Of a DNA stretch of 64,000 nt, positions 24,701 to 48,645 are shown piece after piece. A model generated the notes under the pieces. It searched no databases, had not been told where the DNA came from, and was given only the letters and a program-made list of their open reading frames with translations. Both the position numbers and the translations under genes were made by a program. Source of the stretch: Macrostomum lignano (taxonomy: Eukaryota); contig NIVC01003684.1 in assembly GCA_002269645.1 (NCBI GenBank), positions 18,972 to 82,971 of the forward strand, read 5' to 3'. Within the stretch, counting starts at the first letter, position 1. Each line of letters opens with the position of its first letter.

Positions 24701-27700
24701 CAAATGAATCTTTTAACTTCGACATGACTTTTCTTTTATGTATACATAGTGCTACTTTTATTTTTTACATGACTCTTCTTCTATCAGCACCCCCCCCATG
24801 GCGAGCCAACAAAGAATGCAATAAAAAATTGAGTAAAGTACATGAACTTTGAAGTAGCTTTTGACTTTTGCTTTGAGATCCCAGAAACAACCCCCCCCCT
24901 CGTAATCTCAGTTATTCTCTCAGAGCCTTTACGTCTCAGTTTTTCTTCCCAGCACAGCATTATAGCTGCATTTCATTTTTACATGACACCCTTCATGTCT
25001 GACATGACGCTTCTTTTGATTTTTACATTACACTTCTTTTATTCTTCCATGATGCTTCTTAATTTTTTAAATGACGCTTTCATTAGTTTTTAAATGAGGC
25101 TTCTTTGATTTTTTCATGACGCTTCTATGATTGTTTACATGACGCTTCTATGCTTTTTACATGACACTTCTATGCTTTTTACATGACGCTTCTATGATTA
25201 TTTCATGACGCTTCTATGATTGTTTACATGACGCTTCTATGATTGTTTACATGATGCTTCTACGATTTCTGCAGGACGCTTCTATGATTTTTACATGATG
25301 CTTCTATGATTTTTTCATGACGCTCCTATGATTTTTTCATGACGCTTCTATGATTTTTACATGACGCTTCTATGATTTTTTCATGACGCTTCTATGATTG
25401 TTTCATGACGCTTCCATGATTTTTTACATGACACTTCTATGATTTTTACATGACGCTTCCATGATTTTTTCATGACGCTTCTGTGATTGTTTATATGACG
25501 CTTCTATGCTTTTTATATGACGCTTCTATGATTTTTTACATGACGCTTCTATGCTTTTTACATGACGCTTCCATGATTTTTTCATGACGCTTCTGTGATT
25601 GTTTATATGACGCTTCTATGCTTTTTACATGACGCTTCTACGATATCTGCAGGACGCTTCTATGATTGTTTACATGACGCTTCTATGAATTTTACATGAC
25701 GCTTCTATGATTTTTTCATGACGCTTCTATGATTTTTTACATGACGCTTCTATGATTTTTACATGACGCTTCTATGATTTTTACATGACGCTTCTATGAT
25801 TTTTTACATGACGCTTCCATGATTTTTTCATGACGCTTCTATGATTTTTTACATGACGCTTCTATGATTTTTTACATGACGCTTCTATGATTTTTTTGTT
25901 TTCTTCTTGGTGTTAAAAAGCTTTAATTAAAAAAATTCCACTCTCTAAAAATTCGAACCATCGTCCCTGCATTTAGCAGTCAGTCTGTTTACCTCTAGGC
26001 TAGCTCTCATCGTTTTGATAATATGAATTTTAGCACTTATAATTATAAGTTTCAAAACTCTAAGCATAGAGTAAATCACACGAGGCAGTTATGACATAAT
26101 CAATTTCTCAGTCAGTCAGTATCAGTTAACAATATGGTTACGCAATTTAAATCAAGTCTGGTGCTACGCTTCCACACTGCATTTTCAATTCAAGTCAGAG
26201 TTACAATTCAGTTATGATGCAATCTATTTCAGAATCAGAATTCAACCAGTCAGTTTTTTCTCTAGCATTCTTACAATGCATTTCAAGTCGAAAAGTTTGC
26301 TTGACCTTTGCAAAAAAACATGTTTTTCGAATATTTAATCCTTTTAACATGGAGCAATTTCTTAGCCAAGATGCATGTACCGTCACGGGAAAATTTCTGA
26401 TCAAACAGTGCAAGTCTCATGAAAATCGGTTAAGCCATTTTTTCTCTAATCGATTGCAAGCAAGCAAGCAAGATTTTCATTTTTAGTATATACGAGGCCA
26501 ACTCCTCCTCTGGAGGAGAAAGGGGAAGAATTCCCATCACCGGAACTCCATTCCCTGAAATGCCATTCCCTGAATCCCATCATCCAACTCCTCTCCGCGA
26601 AACTGAACATCATCGAAATCCTCTCCGTAAAAGATAACTCCATCAAAAACCTCTCCGTGAAACTGACATTCATCAAAATCCTCTCCGAGAAACAGAAATC
26701 CTCTCCGTTAAACTGGACTTTATGGAAATCCTCTGCGTGAAACTGAAATCCATCAAAATCGTCTCCGCGAAACAGAAATTCTCTCCTTAAAACTGGACTG
26801 AATCGAAATTTTCTCCGTCAAAAAGAATCAACACTCAGGATTTAGTGGTTAGGGTTAGGGTTAGGGTTAGAGCTACAACGCAGCAGCGTGTTGAAAGGCG
26901 CCGATAAAAAATTGAACCAATTAAATTCATTGAATGCGCAACCGATTTCACAGTCAGTCAGTATCAGTCTCGGTAAAAGTTAACAAAAAGATTGCGCAAA
27001 CTAAATCAACCCTTCAATACACAGCGACTGACCCCCTTCCGCAGTCGCAATTAAAAGTTGAACCGCCCCTCCCCTCCCACCAACTGTTGGGGGGTTGGTC
27101 GAACCCCCATTGAACTCCAAAATGAGTACACTGCAGAAAGTTAAAAGTATGGAAATCGTTTTTTAAATGCTGTGCTTTTTGTTTTCACATTTAAAGCAAA
27201 CAACTTATATCCTCGAAGTCTGCATTGAAAGATCTTTCCAGCAATATAAGTCTCTTCTCTCAGAGTTCAAAACTCGAGGAACAGTTGGCGTTTGAAATAT
27301 CCCAATTTAAAGCATTGAACTATCGAGTGTACGCATGCGTGCACTGCCTGCTAAAAAGGCTTGCAAGTTTATTCATTAAATTCCACTGCCGCCCCAGCAC
27401 CCTCAACACAGAGGGGTTTGGTTAAGTTCTCAGTGCACACAGTTGTGGCGCAATCGCTAAAAATTGATGTCAACCGGCCCAGCTTACACTCCTTCAGCTG
27501 AAAGAATACACTGCACAGATAGGCCAGCTGTTGTGGCGCAATCATTGCAAATTACGCAAGATGGGCATATTCCCCTATTGTTCTACGATTTCTGCTTTTT
27601 TAGGGATCTTAAAATTTGAAAATAAAAAATTGAAATAGCCCACTGCCATCCTCGGAAAATTTGCAGTGTTCCCATATAAGTTTCAACGCTGACTTGCAAG

Positions 27701-30115
27701 TCGTCTAGGAGGAGATATGTATCACACAAACAGACAAACAACGCACCAACTTTAGTATTAACGAGTGGAACTCCTCCTTCGGAGGAGAAAGGGGAAGAAC
27801 TCCCATCACCGGAATTCCATTCCCTGAAATATCCATCAACTGAAATTCCATGTCTTGAACCCTATCTTCCAAATCGTCTCCAAATTCTTTACAAACCTTT
27901 CAAAGACTATAGCTCAAAGACTCTTACGTCTCTCATATCTCCTCTCTCCTCTCTTCGCTATTATCATGACTCTCTTCTCTCTCCTCTCTCTCTTCTCATC
28001 TCTACTCCCTTTATCTATCTCTTCTCCCTCGTCTTTCGTCTCTACTTTCTCCTTTCTCCTCTTCTCTCTCATCTCTCATCTGTACTCTTTTTCTTTCTCC
28101 TCTACTCTCTCCTCTTCTATTTCCTCTGTACGCTCTTATCCCTCCTCTCTTCTTTCTCCTCTTATCTCTCCTGTCTCCTCTTTGCTATCTTATATCTCCC
28201 CTCTCATCTCCTCTCTTCTTTTCTCTTCTCTCTCCTTCGTTCCCGCCTTACTCCCCTCTTCTCTCCCATCTGGCATGTCTAATCTCTCCACTCATTTCTA
28301 CTCTGTTTTCTATCATCTCATCTCTCTTCTCTTTTCATTCTTTTCCTTACTCTATTCTCTGACTGATTGAAGATGCCAAATACATCAAGATCCTCTCCGC
28401 GAAGCAGAAATCCTGTTCGTGCAACTGAAAACCATCGAAATCCTCTCCGTGAAACTGGACTCCTTCGAAATCCTCTCCTTGAAACCTGAATCCATCAAAA
28501 TTGTTTCCATAAAACAGAAATCAATCATAAATTATCTCAGCGAAACAGAAAGCCTCTCCGTGAAGCTGAACATGATCGAAATCCTCTCCGTGAAACTGAA
28601 GACCATGGAAATCCTTTCGTGAAACTGAACATCATCGAAATCCTCTCCACGAAACAGAAATCTTCTCCGTCAGAATTTAAACATTGAAATCGTCTCCGCT
28701 AAACTTGACTTAATCGAATTTTTTCCGTCAAACAACTCAACTCGCCAGATTCATTAGGGCTAGGGTTAAGGTTAGGGTTAGGGTTAGGGTTAGAACTACG
28801 CACAGCTTCGTGTTAAAAGGCACTGATAAAAATATTGAATTAATTGAATCAAATCATTGCGCAACCGATTTCACAGTCAGTCAGTATCAGTCTCAGTTAA
28901 AGTTAACAAAAACATTGCGCAATCTAAATCAACCCTCCAATACACAGCAGCAGTGAGAAGTTGAACCCTCCCCCAACTTTATCTATTACGTCTCGCAAAA
29001 CTGAGTACAATTTTTGCAGAAAGTTAAAAGTATGGAAATAGTTTTTTAAATGCGGTGCTTTTTCTTTTCATATTTAAAGCAAACAACTTATATCCCTAAA
29101 CTCAGCGTTGCAAGATCTTTCCAGCAATATAAGTCTCTCCTCTCAAAGTTTAAAACTCAAGGAGCAGTTAGCGTTTGAAATTTACCGATTTCCCGACTGC
29201 TTGCCTGAGAGGCTCGCAATTTTGTACATTGAATTTCACTGCCAAGCTAATACACAGGGCCGATAATAAAAAAGCTAACCAATTGAATCAATTGATTGCG
29301 CAATATATTTCTGTGTTAGTCAGTATAAGTCTCAGTTAAAGTTAACAAAAAGTTTGCGCAATCTAATCAACCCTCCAATACAAAGCAACTGACCCCCTTC
29401 CTATACACAGCGCCAGTTAGAAGTCGAAACCCCCAACTTTATCTCTCACCTCTCGCCAAAATGAGTACAATCTTTGCAGAAAGTTTAAAGTATGGAAATA
29501 GTTTTTGCAATGCAGAGCTTTTAGTTTTCATATTTGAAGCAAACAATTTATATCCCTGAAATCAGCTTTGCAAGTTCTTTCCAGCAATATAAATTTTTTC
29601 TCTCAAAGTTAAAAACTCGAGCAACAGTTTGCGTTTGAAACTTTCTGATTTAAAGCATTGAAATATCGATTGTACGTTCACTGCCTGCTAAAGAGGCCCG
29701 CAAGTTTATGCATTGAATTTCAAGGTTCAACAAAATCACAGGGCTGCCTATTGAAAATTAGAACACAAATCTTTGCGCAATTGTCTATACAGTCAGCCAG
29801 TGAGCCAGGGTCCGATTGTACACAGGCAGCCATTTAGAACGCCCCATCCCCCCACTGGAGAGAAAATACACTGCAGAGATAGGGAAAAGTTGTGGCGCAA
29901 TCACTTGAAATTCATGCAAATTTTCAGCTCCAAGCAGAAAGAGGGGACAATTAAGATTATCAAAGGTCAAGACCGCCGTTTTCTGCTTTTTTGAGGATCT
30001 TAGAAATTAAAATTTCAGAATTAAAATAGCCTATAGCCGACCTCGGATAATTTCCAATCTTCCCATATAAGTTTCAACGCTGAGTTGCCACTATTCAAGG
30101 AGGAGTTGTCGAAAT

Positions 30116-30151
<36 letters not shown>

Positions 30152-30178
30152 GACAGACAAACAACGCGTCAACTTTAG

Positions 30179-30209
<31 letters not shown>

Positions 30210-32339
30210 GATCAGAGCAATTTTCGGAAATTTTGAGGGGACAAGCCTGTTTGATAACGCTCTGAGATTCTCACATTTTCTAGGATTTCTTAGAAACTGT
30301 CTCCTGTGTTCGGCCACCGACTCGTAGAACTTGTCAAACAGCAGCAGGATGCGCTGCCTATCAAGCATGCCAATCTCGTCGTGGTCGCAGCTGATAAACA
30401 GATCGGATAGAATGGTGCGGCGCAGCTCTCGCTCGGCCCGGCGCTTATAGGTGAGCGCGCACTCGCCCAAGTGATTTGTGAACTCCTCGAACAGGTCGAA
30501 CGGCATATCTTCGATGAGCTCCGTCAAGAACTGCAGATTAGCGTATTAATTGGCGATATGCTGTTGCTTGGTATCAAACTCATTTTAACATCTTCTCAAA
30601 CTAAAACCAGATAATTTGCGGTACAAAACTCTATACAAATGACATACTCTCGAGTTTTACTTTTTTTACCCCAAATGTACATACCACCGAATCAGACTTT
30701 TCTACCCCATATGTACATACAACCGAATCAGAATTTTCTACCCCATGTGTACATACCACCGAATCAGACTTTTCTACCCCATATGTACATACAACCGAAT
30801 CAGAATTTTCTACCCCATGTGTACATACAACTGAATCAGAATTTTCTACCCGAAATGTACGTCCTCCCTGATAAGCTCTTTCTACCCCAAATGTACACAG
30901 GGGCGTAGCCAAGGGGGTAAGGGGGGAGGGGGGATTTTTTACTGCCTTTGTATTTTGCTTCCATCGCTAACATCGGAGATGGATTGATGTCATCTGTCCC
31001 CCTGTCGTGAATACTGGCTACGCGCCAGAATTTACATTCTTTACAACTCAATTTTCTGATTCTTTTCTGTGACTTTTCACCTGCTGATGCCTTTAACTAC
31101 TACAAAAAAGTGGCTGAACCAAAACCATTTAGTACCATCGTCCACTCACATCTCCGAATTCCTTGCGGCCAATCTTGTGCGAAGCCTCCTCGGTCACCAG
31201 AACTTCGAATACGAGGCGAAGGTGCTGACGCAGCTCGTCGGGAAAGTCCTGCGCCAACTCCGAGAAGGATTTAATGGCCCGTTGGAGCTATTGGAGACAG
31301 AATGAGAAATGAATTCGAATGATTGAGATCTACTGCTTCCAGTAGTAGCAAGCATGGAAAACTATTGCAATACGAAAGGCTTCCTTACCACGGGCAGCTC
31401 GATTCGAAGTTCGTCGCCAACTCGGAACTTGTCAAATAATTCCTCGATGACGCGCTGCTTCCGTTTGTGCTCTTCTAGCCGGCGCTTCTCTGCCTCTTCC
31501 TTCTCCAGCTTCTTCCGCTTGGCATTGGCCTTGAGCTGGGCCAGCTTGTTGTCCTTGAAGGTGAAAATCTCCTGGCGCAGCTCCTCGGAGATCTCTCGTA
31601 GGCCGCGGATGTAGGGCGACGCCTCGGAGAAATTGCTGTAGCGCGGGTTGTTCCGCATCAGGTACTGGCCCAGGTAGTTGATCGGATTGAAGTTCGGGCA
31701 CGGCTCCTCTGTGTTCTGCAGCTCCCGGCGTTGCACCTCATTCAGCAGCTTCTCCAGGCCGAGGATCACGGTGGGAAAGACGGAGTCGATGAGGAAGGCC
31801 CGAGTCTCGATGGAGGCCCGCTCCATGTTCAGCCACTCCTTGGCCAGCAGCTCCGTGGGGATTCGCCGCGACAGTCGCTCGGCCTCCTGGCGGGCCTGGC
31901 GCGCCTCCGACTTGACGTCGTCTCGGGAGGCCAGCAGCCGCTGCATCATCTCTTCTTCGTGGGCGCGGCGGTAGCGGCCAACAGCGCTGCGCACCTGCGG
32001 CCTCAGGTACTCGGGCGGCTGCGGGTTCAACGGCGGCAGGGAGGCGCGCGAAGCCACTCCGCCGCTGCCACCGCCTGTTGAGGTAGCCGGACTTTTTCGG
32101 CCACCGCCGGCGCTGCCGGGCTGACGGCGAATCATTGAAGCGGAGCCGCCGCCGCCGCTGCTGGCTTGCCGACTCTGCGGCCGGCTGTGGCTGACGGGCT
32201 TGCGGGCGAGGCCGCTCTCGACAAGGAGCGCCGAGGACGAGGCGGCCCGGCTAACCTGCTTGCCGTCGTTGCTGCCTGCGGCGGCCGCCGCTGTGTTTGG
32301 CGACTGCGCCGTGCCTGGTGGTGAACTCTCGGAGCTCAT
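15464..32339 (-). CDS. EFCAB5: EF-hand calcium-binding domain-containing protein 5 ortholog, ~1452 aa; complement(join(15464..15759,16854..17413,18135..18355,19260..19517,19834..20478,20950..21155,22602..22658,22749..23519,30275..30530,31150..31287,31389..32339))
   Basis: Recognised motifs LAKEWLN...[18 protein letters not shown]...[26 protein letters not shown]-hand [26 protein letters not shown] and ELRSYKEPP. All 10 introns are GT-AG with consistent phases; CDS totals 4359 nt. Confidence 0.88.
16590..16845. repeat. 34-bp minisatellite in EFCAB5 intron 10
   Basis: (GAATCCCATATGCTCAATGCTACTCAAATCCCCA)n abutting the donor site. Confidence 0.9.
16854..17413 (-). CDS. EFCAB5: EFCAB5 exon 10
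   Basis: GCCAG|RDYLFMCVD...ELRSYKEPP...ACLN G|GTGAGC. Confidence 0.88.
17505..18065. repeat. 21-bp minisatellite in EFCAB5 intron 9
   Basis: (CTGGGATTCCCCGATGTCAGA)n, degenerating rightward. Confidence 0.9.
18135..18355 (-). CDS. EFCAB5: EFCAB5 exon 9
   Basis: CACAG|[10 protein letters not shown]...DENVF AG|GTGAGG. Confidence 0.85.
18470..19165. repeat. 37-bp minisatellite in EFCAB5 intron 8
   Basis: (GCTGGGCAACCACCACCAGCCTCCCAGATCCTCAGTT)n. Confidence 0.95.
19260..19517 (-). CDS. EFCAB5: EFCAB5 exon 8 (GAF-like region)
   Basis: GGCAG|[13 protein letters not shown]...IAYHK|GTTGGC. Confidence 0.85.
19525..19825. repeat. Hexamer (GGGTTG/GAGTTG)n filling EFCAB5 intron 7
   Basis: Visible directly; includes (TTGGGG)n runs. 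Confidence 0.95.
19834..20478 (-). CDS. EFCAB5: EFCAB5 exon 7 (EF-hand)
   Basis: TGCAG|IQQRQ...[13 protein letters not shown]...TGVSFQ|GTGCGC. Confidence 0.9.
20520..20920. repeat. Hexamer (ATGAGT/ATGAGC)n filling EFCAB5 intron 6
   Basis: Visible directly. Confidence 0.95.
20950..21155 (-). CDS. EFCAB5: EFCAB5 exon 6
   Basis: AACAG|TGISNRT...[13 protein letters not shown]...LARIKL|GTGAGT. Confidence 0.85.
21190..21640. repeat. 30-bp minisatellite in EFCAB5 intron 5
   Basis: (CTCTAGTGGGTCAGAGTGACTCACTGACTG)n. Confidence 0.95.
22265..22545 (-). mobile_element. tRNA-derived SINE with CORE-like central domain
   Basis: On the minus strand: A box TAGCCTTGTGG, B box GGTTCGATTCC (22483-22493), then GTGTCCTTGAGCAAGACATTTAAC...CAGCTGTAAAATGGG, resembling the CORE-SINE (MIR-type) consensus. 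Confidence 0.7.
22602..22658 (-). CDS. EFCAB5: EFCAB5 exon 5 (57-bp micro-exon)
   Basis: TTGCAG|[19 protein letters not shown]|GTAAGT, phase 1-1. Confidence 0.75.
22749..23519 (-). CDS. EFCAB5: EFCAB5 exon 4 (acidic, Ser/Pro-rich low-complexity region)
   Basis: CCAG|GG completes the Trp of RKWP; ends G|GTGAGT; ORF 22714..23538. Confidence 0.85.
23566..23826. repeat. ~76-bp tandem repeat, ~3.5 copies, in EFCAB5 intron 3
   Basis: AAGGCGTGGGGTTGGTGTGCCAGGGTAGAAAGATAAT... recurs in tandem. Confidence 0.85.
23950..30200 (+). mobile_element. Tandem stack of non-autonomous Helitron/Helentron (HINE/Lep1-like) repeats with embedded telomere-like tracts
   Basis: Homologous units joined at TTTAGTAT motifs (~26481, ~27751, ~30173). 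Repeated 5' ends GAG..AACTCCTCC..GGAGGAGAAAGGGGAAGAA (~26495, ~27765). 3' ends AAGTTTCAACGCTGA...GGAGGAG...(AC)n(GACA)n...CTTTAGTATATATAGAT. Family assignment is by resemblance only. Confidence 0.55.
25100..25895. repeat. ~21-22-bp minisatellite (ACATGACGCTTCTATGATTTTT)n
   Basis: Tandem array within the intron 3 repeat stack. Confidence 0.95.
30275..30530 (-). CDS. EFCAB5: EFCAB5 exon 3
   Basis: TGCAG|[11 protein letters not shown]...LRNPRK T|GTGAGA. Confidence 0.88.
30660..30900. repeat. 36-bp minisatellite in EFCAB5 intron 2
   Basis: (CTACCCCATATGTACATACAACCGAATCAGAATTTT)n. Confidence 0.9.
31150..31287 (-). CDS. EFCAB5: EFCAB5 exon 2
   Basis: AG|LQRAIKSF...KEFGD|GTGAGT, phase 0-0. Confidence 0.85.
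31389..32339 (-). CDS. EFCAB5: EFCAB5 coding exon 1
   Basis: ATG MSSESS... to ...IELPV|GTAAGG; lies within ORF 31362..32435. Confidence 0.88.
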
Positions 32340-33305
32340 TGATGACAGAGCATGCAGTATGTTTTGACATTTTTTATCATTTATTGAGAACTTGTATCGC
32401 AAGGCATTGAATTTGCAACTAAGAAAAATGAGCAATATAAAAAATAGATGTCAAATGATTGAATCAAACCCTTGATAATTTTCTTATCTTTTTTCTTTAT
32501 CTTTGCTTTGTGCTCAGATATTTATACAAGTATTGGTAGAAATTTCTTTGAAACACAATATATTATAAATGATCATAAAATACTGTGCAACATTAAGAAC
32601 TATTATATAAAACAAGTTCAAATCGATTCTTTTAATTGAAAATATCTTATTTCTTATCTCTTAGTCAAGATAAAACAAAAATATTTGTCACCTCACAAAC
32701 TTATATCATGAGTCTTTAAAATAACTTGTATTTGCCCCATCTAAATGGCATCATGTATCCATATTATAAAGTATGAGCTACTTTTTCTTGTCCCATTGAC
32801 CAAATTAAGTTAATATAGACAAAATAATTATTCTTAAAGCATCGCACGCACCAAATAACAAAAAATCGCTTGATATTTGATATTGTTATTTGATCCAACA
32901 TAATACGCTCGTATTTCAGACAAAACTGTACAGTAGAATACAATTACAAGCCAGGAAAAAAGTTCTTAAAGCAAGTGATTTAAAAACATAGACATGTAAA
33001 TTAAAATTATATTTTCGTCAGTAAAAAATTACTATGAACAATAAGCTTGCGACAATTTATTTTGGGTTGGCTTTTGATTCCGATTTGGCGCCCCAACGGG
33101 GGACGCTGATTGCTAGTTTAACCTATAAATCTACTAACTTATAGTTAGCTACAGAGACATTGAGCAGTAAATTTAAGCACTTTTTTACTAATTTTATCTT
33201 TGCTAGATAAAGATAAAGATAAATAATTTTATTTAGAATTGGATAGATTCTACATAAAAATAGTTACCTTGTTTATCATTTACCAAGACAATCGGTTGTG
33301 CCCTG

Positions 33306-33312
33306 GTTGCTA
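33306..33312. promoter_or_regulatory. RFX half-site (GTTGCTA) in the EFCAB5/DZANK1 divergent intergenic region
   Basis: Reverse complement TAGCAAC, ~1 kb from each ATG. A degenerate TTTACCAAGACAAT lies just upstream. The motif is short and may be chance. Confidence 0.25.
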
Positions 33313-34421
33313 ATTTGGTCTATTTCGCTTTGAACGCATAGTTCAAAAAAGTTAGATCTGTTTTCAATGGATACGAACATAGCCTAACAAAGCTTTTTTT
33401 CCGTACTAAAAAATATCGCATTTTAATTAGTAAAACTGTTTAAGCTTATTATTTATTTGTTTAATACTAAAAATACTACACTTTACACGAAATTTGGAAA
33501 GCAAGAAATTGTTTATAGCTTTTTATTCAATTTGAGGACGGAAATACTATTTTGAGTAGAAAAATTCTTCTTATGCGTGGTATACTGAATCCACTTTAAC
33601 CCTTTAGTGTGAATTAAAAAGAATTAACGAAAGAATAATGTTTTGTATTCTAAAGCCAGAATTGAGACTTACTAAAATAATTTAACAATTTAACACACTC
33701 TAGAAAGCATTAAAATAACGCTTTTGAGTTCTTATTGAAGGCTATGGAAAGTGAAACTATTTGAGTTCTTGGTTGTTGACGAAACTTTTAGGTTTTTAGT
33801 ATATAGGTACATGTCTTTTTTAATCATTTTTGTCTTTTTTGTAGAGCATAAGCTTTCACTTTCGAGGCTTCATATTTTGTGAATATTATATCTAAATTGA
33901 ACTCAATTGAATCAATTTTATTTGATACGCTTCAATGAATATAAAAAAATGATATCAAACGAATAATTTATACAGTTAATAAAATTAATTAACCATCAGT
34001 TATTTTTAACTCTGACGTTTTAAACTTTAGTTACTTTGTGTCATTATTTTGAGCTACTAATTATAGTTCATAAATTTCTGTCATTATTATTCACTGCCTA
34101 AGATGCCTATATTACTTCCCAAAACAAATTTTAGTGTTAAACTAATATCTAATTTAAATATATTCCTTTGATGTAATAATATAATCATTGATCATTAATC
34201 ATTAATCAATGATATAATTCGATTTAATATATCCTATGGTAGGAGTAAATCACTGAAGATCGTATTAACTTTAAAAATTTAGGTACTTCTTGTTGCATAC
34301 AAAATGACTAATGGTTTATCAGTAAATGCAGTGTGAATCAACTCATATGTACGAGCAAAATAATCACTGATTCGAAACTTTTTTTCGATGCCGATAACCT
34401 TATGCTAATCAACGCGCCGTC

Positions 34422-45342
<10,921 letters not shown>

Positions 45343-45434
45343 GGGATTTAGGACTCTGGAGAGATTCCGAGGCCGCCTCGAATCTTTGTCCGCCACTCCA
45401 TGATTTATAGGCTGACTAGTGATCACTTTTCCTC

Positions 45435-45960
45435 TGACTAACCACCCTCTCATTCACCCACCTTCTCATTCACCCACCCTCTCATTCACCCACCCTCTCA
45501 ATCACCCACCCTCTCATTCACCCACCCCCTCATTCACCCACCCCTACCCTCTCATTCACCGACCCTCTCATTCACCCACTCCCTCATTCACCCACCCTCT
45601 CATTCACCCACCCTCTCATTCACCCACACTCTAATTCACCCACCCTCTCAATCACCCACCCCTCATTCACCCACCCCCTACCCTCTCATTCACCCACCCT
45701 CTCATATACCCACCCTCTCATTCACCCACTCCCTCATTCACCCACACTCTCATTCACCCACCGATCATTCACCCACCCTCTAATTCACGCACCCTCTCAA
45801 TCACCCACCCCTCATTCACCCACCCCTACCCTCTCATTCACCGACCCTCTCATTCACCCACACCCTCATTCACCCACCCCCTCATTCACCCACCCCCTCA
45901 TTCATCCACCCCCTCATTCACCCACACCCTCATTCACCCACCCCCTCATTCACCAACCCC
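45435..45960. repeat. ~17-bp repeat (CATTCACCCACCCTCT)n downstream of the DZANK1 stop
   Basis: Visible directly. Confidence 0.9.
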
Positions 45961-47009
45961 CCATTCTTATTAGTACATCTTTCTTTAGTGCATGAAAGTT
46001 TTTTTCAAGATTAAAGAATGTTAAAATGATTTCGTATGGCAAAGATGCAGAAACACGGCACCAGGTTGACCCGGGCTGCTATTAGCATCTGTTTATTTGT
46101 CTATTTTAAGAGTTCAATTCACCCTACTGAATGATTTCTAGTGCACGTAAACTAATTATCCCATATTTATTTTTTGTTTCTTTTTGTCTAACACAGCCAG
46201 TTACTTCTGCCAGAAATCAATTTTCTCGTGTCGGCCATCGCTTGCGAACATGACTAGAGCATCATCTCCTATATTCTTCCTAATCCCTTGCTCTCATATT
46301 GGTTTCCGTCCAGCAACGATCATTATTTGTTCCGCCAATTGTTAGGCTGTGTTGCTTTCTGAAGGCTTTGTCAAAAGCCCCGATTTCACTTACAAAGTAC
46401 AAAGTGAACTTTTTAAAACGTATTTTTTGCTACTTTCGATGGCTTGTTAGTTGATTTTGAATGCTTGGTCTCTCTGTTCCTAAAATGTTTTCTTGTGATT
46501 ACAAGCGTGTGTGCTTAGTTATGTTTTAAAAGGACTATCAAATTTGGTAAACAAAATCAAATAAGCCATTTAGTTCGTTTTTTCCTAGCTAGTAATTTTA
46601 TCCCAACTCATAAATTGAAACAATGTTTGTTGATATTTGTACTAAACCAGGTAATTTTTTGTTTTATTTTGTGTATAACTAATATTTGCTGTAATTAATG
46701 TACGTCGATGTCTTATGCTTGCTCTGCAATTATATATTACTTTTTATATCAAATACATATAAAAGCTGTACGATTCTTCAGTGTTAGCACGTTTTGGAGA
46801 CTCCCACTTATCCACTCATCTTTCTGTCAGTCTATCCAACAGCTATGAATCCGGTATTCAGCGACTTAATTAATTACAGTTTTCCAAGAAATTATTCGTA
46901 AGAGATTCATCGGGCACCTGGGACTTTTGCTGAGCCATTTTAGTCAAATAATTAGTTTCATCAGCCAATGCAAAAGCGACTATTTCGCCAGCTGATCATA
47001 AAGCAGCCC

Positions 47010-47385
47010 TCACCCAACCCCGATCCTCTCGATAGCCGATTATAAAACAGCTGCACCCCAGCCCGATTCTCTCCCTACCCGATCGTAAAACAGCCCCCAC
47101 CCAAGCCCGATTCTCTCCCTACCCGATCATAAAACAGCTCCACCCCAGCCCCATTCTCTCCCTACCCGATCGTAAAACAGCCCCCACCCCAGCCCCATTC
47201 TCTCCCTACTTGATCGTAAAACAGCTCCACCCCAGCCCCATTCTCTCCCTACCCGATCGTAAAACAACTCCACCCCAGCCCAATTCTCTCCCTACCCGAT
47301 CGTAAAACAGCCCCCACCCCAGCCCGATTCTCTCCCTACCCGATCGTAAAACAGCGCCTACCCCAGCCCCATTCTCTCCCTAGCC
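47010..47385. repeat. 44-bp minisatellite, ~8 copies
   Basis: (CCGATCGTAAAACAGCCCCCACCCCAGCCCGATTCTCTCCCTAC)n. Confidence 0.92.
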
Positions 47386-48010
47386 CATAGTAACACAGAT
47401 TCTTTGGAATTTAACGAAATGGAAATAAACCTATTATAAAGAGTGCAAACGCAGGGAGTAAGTCTGTAAGCAGCGTTTTGGCTACTGTAATTACTAGCTA
47501 TTTTGGCTAGGTAAAGGGCGTGGCTGGCTCCCGCATCCGGTAATTAAAGCTCAGATCGACTCCACGCCCCTGTCTCGGCTTCCTCTTTCTTGAACCGGTC
47601 TGATTTCAGCGGCGCAGTTCAGCTAACTATAATGCGCAGAATCTGTGTACGCGCGCATCCGCATACAGATACGGCTGACACATGCGCGCGAGTCGTGTTC
47701 ATTATTTTGAGTTCACCAAATACTAGTCAAGAGCTAGCTCTCTCTATCTCTCTCTCTCTCTCAGGCTTCAAGCTTCGCTCCAATATCTGTCTGTCTGTCT
47801 CTCTTATTTCATTCCTCAGCGCTGCATGAGACGAGTGCTTTCAGACTATAGCTTAATAATTGAAATATAGATTGAAATTGCTTACACACTCTGGGGGAGA
47901 GGATTGATCTGATGTTTCATATTGCCTAGCTGCGCGATACAGGTTGCTAAATCCCACTGCTTATAGCAGCTGAGAATTCACACTTGTATAACTTCTTAAT
48001 GGGGGCAGAG

Positions 48011-48075
48011 TACATGTAGCTCAGTGGTTAACACGTCTGACTCTTGCGCTGATGTACGCGGGTTCGATTCCGTGC
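48011..48075 (+). mobile_element. tRNA-derived SINE head or tRNA pseudogene, followed by a long (TCTG)n
   Basis: A box TAGCTCAGTGG (48017-48027) and B box GGTTCGATTCC (48061-48071) at tRNA-like spacing; the anticodon and acceptor stems do not pair. Confidence 0.55.

Positions 48076-48645
<570 letters not shown>

Noticed and set aside
48011-48075. Functional tRNA-Lys(CTT) gene
   Set aside because: The anticodon stem (TCTGA/GCTGA) and acceptor stem do not pair; treated as a SINE head or pseudogene.
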